NCBI RefSeq assembly: GCF_030013595.1
Contig: NZ_CP122768.1
DNA length: 64,000 nucleotides
Origin: Escherichia coli
GTDB taxonomy: Bacteria; Pseudomonadota; Gammaproteobacteria; Enterobacterales; Enterobacteriaceae
Direction: 5' to 3' (one strand)
The position numbers were made by a program, and so were the translations under genes. Positions 40,338-48,686 of the stretch are shown in pieces; the stretch's first letter is position 1, and every line of letters starts with the position of its first letter. The notes under the pieces were generated by a model. That model did no database searches and had not been told where the DNA came from. It saw only the letters and a list, made by a program, of their open reading frames with translations.

Positions 40338-41166
40338 GGTTTACCCCCTTGCTGACTGGTTTAACCTGTGCCCTGACGTGATTTACGTGACGGGCGAATT
40401 TCTGCTCCCACTGAACCTGCGTGAACACTTTGCCCTCATCGCTCCAGTAATCCCGGAATGCGGCAAGTTCAGCAGGTGTAAATTCCGGCTCCGGCAAAGC
40501 CATCCCCCACAACGCAGCCCGTCGTCGAAAATCCCGTGACGGATGCCAGCTATCGGTCATCGGAAATTTTCCGATGGGTTCGCTCAGGCCATCCAGGAAT
40601 ACGGGTGGCACTGCCTGTAACGACAAAACTTCCTGCTCACTGGTCGGAGCACTCTCGCGTGCGTTATGTGTGGGGTTTAGATCTTTGGGTTCCTTTGGGT
40701 TCCGTGATCCGTTTTTGGGTGTCTTTGATGGAAAATTTGGGTGTCTTTGGTTATTTTCCATGCAGCTAAGAGTTCCGTTTTTGGGTCTGTTTTGTGCTGA
40801 AACATAACCATTTTCGGTACTGTTTTTATTAACAGTACCAATTTTACCCACCTTTAAAGACTCCCGTTTTTGGGTGTATTCAGGCTCGGCAACACTTTCT
40901 TCTACACCGATAAGTCGGTACACCACAATTTGCTTTGTTCTGCCTTTTCTCTCACCGGTATCAACAATTAACCCAATCTCCATCAGGTGTCGTAAGCTGT
41001 CCTGCACAGTCTTTTTGTTCAGTTCCGTTACTTCTGCCAGTGCAGATACAGACGGGTATGCACACAAATCGGCACCGCACATATCAGCAAGCCAGGTCAA
41101 TACTGACTTACTGGATGAACTGCCGGTTTTCACCTTTTTAGCCCATCGTAGTGCATCGATACTCAT
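40126..41166 (-). CDS. replication initiator O-like (N-terminal HTH origin-binding domain)
   Basis: Track ORF 40126-41241; start placed at MSIDALRWAKK; iteron array lies inside the gene. Confidence 0.65.
   Translation of the reverse strand: MSIDALRWAKKVKTGSSSSKSVLTWLADMCGADLCAYPSVSALAEVTELNKKTVQDSLRHLMEIGLIVDTGERKGRTKQIVVYRLIGVEESVAEPEYTQKRESLKVGKIGTVNKNSTENGYVSAQNRPKNGTLSCMENNQRHPNFPSKTPKNGSRNPKEPKDLNPTHNARESAPTSEQEVLSLQAVPPVFLDGLSEPIGKFPMTDSWHPSRDFRRRAALWGMALPEPEFTPAELAAFRDYWSDEGKVFTQVQWEQKFARHVNHVRAQVKPVSKGVNHAAAPGGTASRAVQEIRAAREQWERENGFISDGNGLEAVGTHGGGLFEPLDPEERGRTFEALDCTDWRDD
40670..40880. repeat. candidate replication origin: iterons (tttgggt-type repeats) plus AT-rich inverted repeat inside the O-like gene
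   Basis: Repeated …ctttgggttcc/gtttttgggtgtc… motifs and palindrome ggtactgtttttattaacagtacc; lambda ori lies inside O in the same manner. Confidence 0.55.
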
Positions 41167-41689
41167 ACGAACCCCTGGCAGACATTTGTTTATCTGCAAA
41201 GTAATATTGGTATTGCTGACGATACGCGTGCTTGAAAGCAATAGCTTTTTCTATAAGCTCGTCAGTCTCACGTTCCACAACAGCTGGATCCGCAAAAAGC
41301 AGCCCGGACTCCACCACATCGCCATATTCTTTGTTTAACCCGGCGATCATGTACGTAATGCTTTTTCCGTCAGTAATTTCACAATACAACCTGAAATCGC
41401 TGATCCGGATAGCCTCCATAATTGCCGGAATCAGCGCCGTGAATTTTTCCCGCTTATCCCTGGTGTCGATAGCTTTCCAGCGTTCGAATATCTTCACCCG
41501 GTTAACGCCCAGCGCCCGTTGATCAACCGCGCCATCATCAAACGTGACGCGTTGAACATCGATGTTCGGGCGTTCTTTCAGAGCCCAGAAGGCTTCCGTG
41601 ATTAATATCGTCGCCTGCTCCTGTGTCATTCCTGGTCGGCACACCCAGGCATCCAGAGCCTCACAAACCTGTTCAGGGGTGATTTTCAT
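41138..41689 (-). CDS. hypothetical early protein (YdaT/cII-position)
   Basis: 183-aa ORF between the cro-like and O-like genes. Confidence 0.4.
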   Translation of the reverse strand: MKITPEQVCEALDAWVCRPGMTQEQATILITEAFWALKERPNIDVQRVTFDDGAVDQRALGVNRVKIFERWKAIDTRDKREKFTALIPAIMEAIRISDFRLYCEITDGKSITYMIAGLNKEYGDVVESGLLFADPAVVERETDELIEKAIAFKHAYRQQYQYYFADKQMSARGSYEYRCTTMG

Positions 41690-41900
41690 TGTTCAACCGC
41701 CCCGCCCGCTTTGCCTTACGATATTCGTCATAAACTTTGGGGTCGTACTGAAGTTCCCCGCCGGATGCCTCTTGCAGGCGCATCGCGCGACCTTCAGGAA
41801 CCAGTTCCCCCCATGCAGCAATGCTTGCCAGCCTAACTCCTGCGGCATTGGCAAGCTTTGTTTTGCTGCCAAAAAACGCTATAGCATCAATTTTCAACAT
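41673..41900 (-). CDS. Cro/YdaS-like HTH regulator
   Basis: 75-aa ORF divergent from the repressor gene. Confidence 0.6.
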   Translation of the reverse strand: MLKIDAIAFFGSKTKLANAAGVRLASIAAWGELVPEGRAMRLQEASGGELQYDPKVYDEYRKAKRAGRLNNENHP

Positions 41901-41976
41901 ATCGAGCTCCTTAGATTTTCCTAAGGAAACTAGATCGTAGAGAAACCTAAGTCAAGAAAAATTAGAATTCCCTAAT
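41901..41976. promoter_or_regulatory. divergent promoter/operator region with cttagg/cctaag palindromes
   Basis: ccttagATTTTCctaagg palindrome and a further aacctaag half-site between the divergent repressor and cro-like genes. Confidence 0.55.
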
Positions 41977-42384
41977 ATGAAAAACGAAACCTTCGGTGCT
42001 CGCCTCTTACATAGGCGTAAAAAATTAAAACTGTCTCAGGCCGCATTAGGTAAGCTGGTCAAAGTGGCTCACGTAACAATTTCTCAATGGGAAAGAGATG
42101 AAACACAGCCGGCGGGGAAAAGATTATTCGCACTGAGCCAAGCGCTTCAGTGCTCACCGACTTGGCTTCTTTTTGGGGATGAAGATAAACAACCAGGCGA
42201 ACCGATCCCGGATAATCAGCCAGCCATTCTGACAGAAGATCAAAAAGAGTTACTTCAACTGTTCGACGCACTGCCTGAGTCAGAGCAAAAGGCCCTGTTG
42301 TCAGAGATGCGTGCTCGAGTTGAAAATTTCAACAAACTTTTTGAAGAACTACTCAAAGCTCGCAAAAGAAGCGCAAACAAATAA
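41977..42384 (+). CDS. prophage repressor (XRE-family HTH, cI/DicA-like)
   Basis: 135-aa ORF with N-terminal HTH (LSQAALGKLVKVAHVTISQWER); flanked by related operator motifs. Confidence 0.75.
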   Translation: MKNETFGARLLHRRKKLKLSQAALGKLVKVAHVTISQWERDETQPAGKRLFALSQALQCSPTWLLFGDEDKQPGEPIPDNQPAILTEDQKELLQLFDALPESEQKALLSEMRARVENFNKLFEELLKARKRSANK

Positions 42385-42429
42385 TCCCCTTTTTTCTCCA
42401 CACCCTGTAATAAAAAGCACAAACTTTCA

Positions 42430-42520
42430 AACACTTGTGTTTTTTACATCAAAAAACTTAGGTTTTTCTACATAAAAATCTTGACCACCAGCCTTAGGTT
42501 ATTCTAAATTTCATTCATCA
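42430..42520 (+). promoter_or_regulatory. candidate repressor-controlled early-left promoter (TTGACC -35) with two cttaggtt operator half-sites
   Basis: aacttaggttttt and gccttaggttatt flank ttgacc; same half-site as in 41901-41976. Confidence 0.5.
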
Positions 42521-42586
42521 AGACACCGCACGGTGTTCTCAGCAAACAGTTCCGCCACCCCGGCGTTAAGGGGAAATGAGGTCAAC

Positions 42587-42739
42587 ATGGATACTATCGA
42601 TCTTGGCAACAACGAATCTCTGGTATACGGCGTGTTTCCCAACCAGGACGGCACATTCACCGCGATGACGTATACCAAAAGCAAAACGTTTAAAACCGAA
42701 ACTGGCGCTCGTCGCTGGTTAGCCAGAAACACTGACTGA
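42587..42739 (+). CDS. YdfA-like small protein (DUF1391-like)
   Basis: Internal Met of track ORF 42533-42739 gives MDTIDLGNNESLVYGVFPNQDGTF… (~50 aa), first gene of the early-left operon. Confidence 0.5.
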   Translation: MDTIDLGNNESLVYGVFPNQDGTFTAMTYTKSKTFKTETGARRWLARNTD

Positions 42740-43389
42740 TGAGGCTGACGATGGAATTTAAAGATTTACCAATATCAATACAGGAAATGGCCGCTGATGT
42801 GATTCGCTCGCAACTGGCGCGGAACCCAATGATATTAGTAGATAAAGTGTTCATCAGAAATTTATCAAATCATGTCCGCAATTCTTTTACCGGACTGTAT
42901 TCATATTCGTTCACAAACAATCATTGTGTAGAAAATAAAGCAAAGCCCATTGCAGAAACGATAACGCAAAACATCAATACGAAACAAACCGAAGAAGAAA
43001 TTGACCAGTTTACCCGTGATGCTGGCTTAAAATGCAGGAAAGAAAAATCGCCATATGCGGGAAATATGTTTGTTTATGACAACCTTATCCGAATTCGTGG
43101 CGAAATTCCGACTGAATACCTGGCAAGAATTCACCAGGCATTACTTAAAAATCTGGAAACGGAAGTATTTGATGGCAATACCAACGGCTCCTTCGTGGTG
43201 TCAACTCTCGCAAAAGAGTGGGATACAGATAATCGCTGGAATGTTGCTACATGGTTATTCAGCAACAAAGCTGCTGCCCTGGAAGCTGCGGCCTGTATTT
43301 GCGACCTGCTAAGGACAGACCGCAAATACAACCTGGATGTGTATAGCTATATTTATGCTGAACACTATCCGCTATGGATTAACTGGTAA
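42739..43389 (+). CDS. hypothetical protein (moron, no recognisable family)
   Basis: 216-aa ORF; start may be 42751 (MEFKDL). Confidence 0.45.
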   Translation: MRLTMEFKDLPISIQEMAADVIRSQLARNPMILVDKVFIRNLSNHVRNSFTGLYSYSFTNNHCVENKAKPIAETITQNINTKQTEEEIDQFTRDAGLKCRKEKSPYAGNMFVYDNLIRIRGEIPTEYLARIHQALLKNLETEVFDGNTNGSFVVSTLAKEWDTDNRWNVATWLFSNKAAALEAAACICDLLRTDRKYNLDVYSYIYAEHYPLWINW

Positions 43390-43671
43390 TTACAAAGCTG
43401 TACCAGCAGGGCCACGGCGACCAGCGCCACGATTGTAATCAATGATGCCATTATAAAGCGCATTATTTAATTTATCGTCGAATGCCGATTCTGTGAGCCC
43501 TAGATCTGAATGAGTTTTTAATAACCCTGATTGCCTGAGTTGATTAACCAGGCATTCAATCTGTTTTTCAATAAGCGGATGTATTGGCTTGTTTGGCATT
43601 TTATCCTCCATTGAAGTTACTGGTTGAGAATGGAGACCACACGTGACAGCGTGTTGTCGTGCACCGGACAC
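43390..43671 (-). CDS. hypothetical small protein, convergent with the upstream gene
   Basis: Track ORF 93 aa; probable start at internal MEDKMPNK (~73 aa). Confidence 0.4.
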   Translation of the reverse strand: MSGARQHAVTCGLHSQPVTSMEDKMPNKPIHPLIEKQIECLVNQLRQSGLLKTHSDLGLTESAFDDKLNNALYNGIIDYNRGAGRRGPAGTAL

Positions 43672-43929
43672 GGATAAGAATCCGGCACTGACAGTTTACT
43701 GAAAGGATATATCCCTGAAAAGTCAGGGCATAACGCGAAAGCGCACGGCGGAGGTGTCTTTTCCTTAGAAGGCTTGTCGTTAGATTTCTTCGATTGTGCG
43801 CTTCCGGTTGTAGCACTCCGCGAAATGGCGCGGCGGTAAGTATGGCGGGGTTATTCCTTCCCCGTTGAGGACACCGGGTTGTCAGGTTGACCATACGCTT
43901 AAGTGACAACCCCGCTGCAACAACCCATG

Positions 43930-43988
43930 TTGATTACCTTTTGGTGGGTATCCGTTTTTTGTTTTCCCTTGTGATACCCGCCCTTTTT
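43930..43988 (+). ncRNA. DicF-like small RNA (terminator-ended)
   Basis: Hairpin ggtgggtatc…gatacccgcc plus T5 at 43943-43988, about 185 bp upstream of the DicB homologue; Qin-like gene order. Confidence 0.45.
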
Positions 43989-44173
43989 AAAGTGAATTTT
44001 GTGATGCGGTGAATGCGGCTCAGCGCACGCGGAACAGTTAAAAAAGTGATCGGTACTCTGTATTTGTTTTATGGAGTTGGTTTCCCTGTATTCCGGCGTT
44101 AATTGTTAACTGGTTAACGTCACCTGGAGGCACCAGGCACCGCATCACAAAATTCATTGTTGAGGACGCGATA

Positions 44174-44362
44174 ATGGAAACGTTATTACCAAACGTCAAT
44201 ACGTCTGAAGGTTGTTTTGAAATTGGTGTCAGAATCAGTAACCCTGTATTTACTGAAGATGCCATTAATAAGAGAAAACACGAACGGGAGCTATTAAATC
44301 AAATATGCATTGTTTCAATGCTGGCCCGTTTACGCCTGATGCAAAAAGGACGCTGCCAATGA
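44174..44362 (+). CDS. dicB: cell division inhibitor DicB homologue
   Basis: 62-aa ORF METLLPNVNTSEGCFEIGV.ISNPVFTEDAINKRK…ICIVSMLARLRLM, matching my recollection of Qin DicB. Confidence 0.75.
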   Translation: METLLPNVNTSEGCFEIGVRISNPVFTEDAINKRKHERELLNQICIVSMLARLRLMQKGRCQ

Positions 44363-44562
44363 ATACAGCATTTGCACTCGTTCTGACAGTTTTTCTTAAT
44401 ACAGGCGAACCAGTCGATCTTGTTATTGGTATACATGACTCAATGAAAGAATGCATGGCTGCCGCAGCGGAACAGAAAATTCCCGGCAACTGTTATCCGG
44501 TTGATAAAGTTATTCGCATGGACAATAACGAAATCCCGGCAGGACTTAAAACAGCACCGTAA
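44359..44562 (+). CDS. YdfD-like small protein
   Basis: Internal Met of track ORF 44305-44562 (MNTAFALVLTVFLNTGEPVD…), ~67 aa, immediately after dicB as in Qin. Confidence 0.5.
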   Translation: MNTAFALVLTVFLNTGEPVDLVIGIHDSMKECMAAAAEQKIPGNCYPVDKVIRMDNNEIPAGLKTAP

Positions 44563-44639
44563 TTAATATCCGGTTTCATTTTTATATGCCAGCAATGGCA
44601 GGGATTTGTTCACCCTAAAAATAGTTACGAGGTTTATCA

Positions 44640-47102
44640 ATGAGCGCTGATAAAGAAGAAATTGCACTATATTACGAAGCCAAAAATGACAAAGTCAGAA
44701 AACGCCTTGGGATTAAAGGCGGTTTTTACTGGCGCACAGCAAAAAAATTATCGATTGCAATATCACGCGGTGTTGTCGCAATGGACGATGCCGGATTTGA
44801 CGAAGAGGATTTTAAAAAACCTGTTCGCGTCCATTTACCCGTTGTGAATGACCTTCCTCCGGAAGGCGTGTTTGATACCGAATTCTGCAACCGATACGAA
44901 AAAGGCGGGGAAGATGGTATCACAATGGTACTTATCGCGCCCTCTGTTCAGGACAAACCAGCCAGCACTGACAATACCAACGTCAACGGTGAAGACATGA
45001 CTGAGATTGAGGAGAATATGCTCCTGCCAGTTTCAGGTCAGATTCTGCCTGTTCGATGGCTGGCGCAACACAACAGCGAAAAACCGATCACGCACGTTTC
45101 GCGGGACGAACTGCGCGCATTACATAACGCACAGGATGAAAAACTTCCCGCCGTTACCGCGCTGGCCATCTCAAATAAAGCAGCGCAACTCGAACCACTG
45201 GAAATTCGCGATCTCCACAAACTGGTACGCGACACTGACAAAGTTTTCCCTAATCCTGGTAATTCAGACCTGGGACTGATGACCGCTTTTTTCGAAGCAT
45301 ACCTGGGCGCTAACTACACCGATCGCGGTCTGCTTACAAAAGAGTGGATGAAGGGAAATCGTGTTTCACGTATCACCCGCACGGCTTCCGGCGCTAATGC
45401 TGGCGGCGGGAACAAAACCGATCGCAATCCGAATTTAGTACACACCTTCGATACGCTGGATGTGGAGATTGCAGCAGCCACACTTCCGATGGATTTTAAT
45501 ATTTATGAAATTCCGGGCAGCGTTTATCGTCGCGCAAAAGAAGTCGTCCGGAAGAAAGAAAGTCCGTTCAAAGAATGGTCCGCAGCACTTCGCGCAATCC
45601 CGGGTATCCTGGATTATTCCCGTGCCGCTATTTTTGCACTTATCCGGAGCGCCCACCCTGAACTTTACCTCTACAGGGTACGCCTTCAGGTGTATATCAA
45701 CGCCCACTTAACGGAGACTGATCACGAGAATCCTACCGAGGAAACTCTCGCTGCTGCACGACATACACCGGAAAAAGATATCCTGGAAGAAGTTAACCGC
45801 GAACTGGCTGCTGCTAAACACGAAACAGAAGAAGAAAAAAATAATGAGGAAAAATCACAACCGTCTGACGCAATGGCAGATGAACAGGCAACGACTGAAA
45901 CAATGGAGCCGGATACAACTGAACATCGCCAGGACACGCAATCGCTGGATACTCAGGCGCAGATAGATCCGGTTAATCAGGTAAAAGTTACCGCTGACGA
46001 AGTAAACAAAATTATGCAGGCAGCCAATATCAACCAGCCTGACGCCAATCAGTTGCTTGCTGTATCACGTGGTGAATTTGTTGCAGGGATTAGCGACCCG
46101 AATGATCCGAAATGGGTGAAGGGGATTGAAACCCGCGATTCAGTGAATCAGAACCAGCAAGAAATGGAACAGAACGACCAGAAAGCGGAAAAAAACAGCC
46201 CAAATGCGTTACAAAACGAGCCAGAAACGAAACAACCTGAGCCAGTAGCGCAACAGGAATCGGAAAAAGTCTGCACCGCCTGCGGTCAGAGCGGTGGCGG
46301 CAGCTGCCCTGATTGTGGCGCGGTGATGGGCGACGCAACATACCAGGAAACATTCGATGAAGAGAATCAGGTTGAAGTTCAGGAAAATGATCCGGAGGAA
46401 ATGGAAGGCGCTGAACATCCACACAAGGAGAATGCTGGCAGCGCTCAGGACCACGCCAGCGATAATGAAACTGGCGAGACGGCAGATCCCTTAATTGCGG
46501 TGAACGGTCATCACGTTATCACATCCACCAGCAGAGTGTGGTACCACCTGATGATCGACCTTGAAACAATGGGAACCAACACCAATGCGCCCATCGTGGT
46601 TATTGGTGCGGTTTTCTTCGACCCACAAACAGGGGAAATCGGGCCAGTATTTTATATCGTTATCAGTCTGACTGACGCAATGAATACAGGGGCTGTTCCT
46701 GACGGTGGAACCATCGAATGGTGGCTGAAGCAGTCCAGTGAAGCCAGAGCTGCCATTTTAACAGACCAGGTAAAACTGAAGGATGCCCTTTCGCGGTTTC
46801 GGGAGTTCATCAACGAATACTCAGATGAAAAATTCGTTCAGGTATGGGGTAATGGTGCAACTTTCGATAACGCAATTTTGCGCACCTCATACGAACGTCT
46901 GGACATCCCCTGCCCGTGGCGCTACTACAACGATCGCGATGTACGCACAATCGTTGAGCTGGGAAAAACCATCGGTTTTGATGCCAGAACAGCTATCCCG
47001 TTCGAAGGTGTACCCCACAATGCACTGGATGATGCCCGTCACCAGGCGAAATACGTTTCAGTAATCTGGCAAAAACTGATCCCGAGTCAGGCTGATTTTT
47101 AA
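44640..47102 (+). CDS. large multidomain protein: N-terminal domain of unknown function, acidic linker, CxxC-x-CxxC zinc ribbon, C-terminal DnaQ-like (DEDDh) 3'-5' exonuclease domain
   Basis: 820-aa ORF; C-terminus has DLET…, FDNAIL and HNALDDA motifs in exonuclease order; zinc ribbon CTACGQSGGGSCPDCG; long E/Q/D-rich linker. Confidence 0.6.
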   Translation: MSADKEEIALYYEAKNDKVRKRLGIKGGFYWRTAKKLSIAISRGVVAMDDAGFDEEDFKKPVRVHLPVVNDLPPEGVFDTEFCNRYEKGGEDGITMVLIAPSVQDKPASTDNTNVNGEDMTEIEENMLLPVSGQILPVRWLAQHNSEKPITHVSRDELRALHNAQDEKLPAVTALAISNKAAQLEPLEIRDLHKLVRDTDKVFPNPGNSDLGLMTAFFEAYLGANYTDRGLLTKEWMKGNRVSRITRTASGANAGGGNKTDRNPNLVHTFDTLDVEIAAATLPMDFNIYEIPGSVYRRAKEVVRKKESPFKEWSAALRAIPGILDYSRAAIFALIRSAHPELYLYRVRLQVYINAHLTETDHENPTEETLAAARHTPEKDILEEVNRELAAAKHETEEEKNNEEKSQPSDAMADEQATTETMEPDTTEHRQDTQSLDTQAQIDPVNQVKVTADEVNKIMQAANINQPDANQLLAVSRGEFVAGISDPNDPKWVKGIETRDSVNQNQQEMEQNDQKAEKNSPNALQNEPETKQPEPVAQQESEKVCTACGQSGGGSCPDCGAVMGDATYQETFDEENQVEVQENDPEEMEGAEHPHKENAGSAQDHASDNETGETADPLIAVNGHHVITSTSRVWYHLMIDLETMGTNTNAPIVVIGAVFFDPQTGEIGPVFYIVISLTDAMNTGAVPDGGTIEWWLKQSSEARAAILTDQVKLKDALSRFREFINEYSDEKFVQVWGNGATFDNAILRTSYERLDIPCPWRYYNDRDVRTIVELGKTIGFDARTAIPFEGVPHNALDDARHQAKYVSVIWQKLIPSQADF

Positions 47103-47163
47103 TGTTCAACCGTCGCCAGTTGTCGTTGGTATTCTGCAACTGGCGCGTTCCGGAGTGATAACC

Positions 47164-47433
47164 ATGAGCGAACAGTACCTGATAACGCTCGACGAGTGGA
47201 AACCAAAACGGTTCAGTCTCCCAATAACAAACACCACCCTGGTGAAATACGGAAAACTAGGATACATCGTTCCAAGACCACAAAAAATTCGTGGGCGTTG
47301 GCTGATAGATCGCCGGGCAGTATTTGTTGGACCTGGTGAAACAGGAATTGCGCCGGAAATTCATACTGGCGATGATGATGCACTGAAGGAGATTTTAACT
47401 CATGTCACCGAGGCCACGAAAAAACAGCACTGA
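47164..47433 (+). CDS. xis: excisionase (Xis-like)
   Basis: Small ORF just upstream of int, overlapping its start; winged-helix-like segment resembling lambda Xis. Confidence 0.6.
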   Translation: MSEQYLITLDEWKPKRFSLPITNTTLVKYGKLGYIVPRPQKIRGRWLIDRRAVFVGPGETGIAPEIHTGDDDALKEILTHVTEATKKQH

Positions 47434-48520
47434 CGTAGCCGGTCTTTACGAAAAGTTTGATCGCAGAACTGGCAGGGTTTACTACCAGTATAAAAACCCT
47501 GTGACTGGAAAATTTCACGGACTCGGAACAGACAAAGGTAAGGCAGAAAAAATCGCTTCCACAGCCAATCAGCGAATAGCTGCAGCAGAGGCTGAATATT
47601 TCATGCGCAAAATTGATGAAAGTCCGTCAGCAACAAAACGTCGGGGTATCAGATTAAAGGCATGGGTTGATCGATATCTGAAAATACAGGACGCGCGACT
47701 GAAAAATGGAGATATTGCAGCTACAACTCACAAAGAAAAAGCCCGAATGGCTGCATACCTGGTTTCCCGTCTGGGAAACCACCCATTGAAAGAACTGGAA
47801 GTAAGAGACTTTGCATTAATACTGGATGAGTGGCTGGATAAAGACATGGTCAGCACAGCGAGAGTAAATCGCGGATTATGGGTTGATATTTATAAAGAAG
47901 CACAGCATGCAGGGGAAGTTCCTCCTGGATGGAATCCTCCGGAGGCTACCCGTAAACCGATCCCTAAAGTAACCAGAGCCAGGCTCACCATGGAAGACTG
48001 GCAAAAAATTTACAATGCAACGCCTGAAAAACACTTTATCCGTAACGCAATGCTTCTTGCGATTGTTACTGGTCAGCGCCGTGATGACATTTGCCACATG
48101 CGTTTTTCAGATGTGTGGAACGAACACTTGCATATCACCCAGGGAAAAACCGGAATGCGTCTGGCGTTACCGCTTACACTACGCTGTGATGCCATTGGGA
48201 TAACGTTAAAAGAAGTTATTGATGGGTGCCGAGACAGAATATTAAGTCCATATCTAATCCATAGTCGGCACCAGAAACAACCGAAGCCGATGAGTAAAGA
48301 CAACCTGAGCGACTACTTTGCCAAAGCACGGGATCTGGCTGGGATAATTCCACCAGCAGGAAAAACTCCGCCAACATTTCATGAACAACGCTCTCTATCA
48401 GAACGGCTGTACCGTGCACAGGGTATCGATACAAAAACATTACTAGGACATAAAGTCCAGGCAACCACCGATCGCTATAACGATACTCGAGGTCAGGAAT
48501 GGGTTAAGTTGGTTATTTGA
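47402..48520 (+). CDS. int: tyrosine integrase (lambda Int family)
   Basis: 372-aa ORF with catalytic-domain motifs (R…, HxxR-like LLGH, C-terminal Y in TDRYND) next to attR. Confidence 0.9.
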   Translation: MSPRPRKNSTDVAGLYEKFDRRTGRVYYQYKNPVTGKFHGLGTDKGKAEKIASTANQRIAAAEAEYFMRKIDESPSATKRRGIRLKAWVDRYLKIQDARLKNGDIAATTHKEKARMAAYLVSRLGNHPLKELEVRDFALILDEWLDKDMVSTARVNRGLWVDIYKEAQHAGEVPPGWNPPEATRKPIPKVTRARLTMEDWQKIYNATPEKHFIRNAMLLAIVTGQRRDDICHMRFSDVWNEHLHITQGKTGMRLALPLTLRCDAIGITLKEVIDGCRDRILSPYLIHSRHQKQPKPMSKDNLSDYFAKARDLAGIIPPAGKTPPTFHEQRSLSERLYRAQGIDTKTLLGHKVQATTDRYNDTRGQEWVKLVI

Positions 48521-48559
48521 CAAACACCATATGGAATATCCGTCACCATCTCAGGAAAA

Positions 48560-48620
48560 AAGTGTTGTAAAATGCGTGGCCTAGTTTTGGGGAAACGTTT
48601 TGGAGAGATTTTGGAGAAAG
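48560..48620. promoter_or_regulatory. candidate integrase arm-type binding repeats (ttttggRga x3)
   Basis: gttttggggaaac gttttggagagat tttggagaaagg between int and attR; similar ggttttggagaat on the attL arm near 7470-7500. Confidence 0.4.
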
Positions 48621-48664
48621 GAAAAAATTGAATAAATTCAAAATCCTGAAAGTGTCCCGCCTTA

Positions 48665-48678
48665 TGAATAAGAAGGTG
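48665..48678. repeat. attR core: 14-bp direct repeat tgaataagaaggtg
   Basis: Identical to 7364-7377; followed by the native potB 3' end (gtggaactcgaatga). Confidence 0.75.
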
Positions 48679-48686
48679 GAACTCGA

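Noticed and set aside
43700-43930. GC-rich structured segment considered as a retron msr/msd or other defence ncRNA
   Set aside because: No reverse transcriptase or other effector gene nearby; more simply explained as promoter/leader sequence for the minus-strand small ORF and the DicF precursor.
44640-47102. Large exonuclease considered as canonical RecE of a RecET pair
   Set aside because: The nuclease motifs are DEDDh-like rather than the PD-(D/E)XK fold of RecE/lambda Exo, and no RecT/Bet annealase follows; kept as an unclassified exonuclease-like protein.
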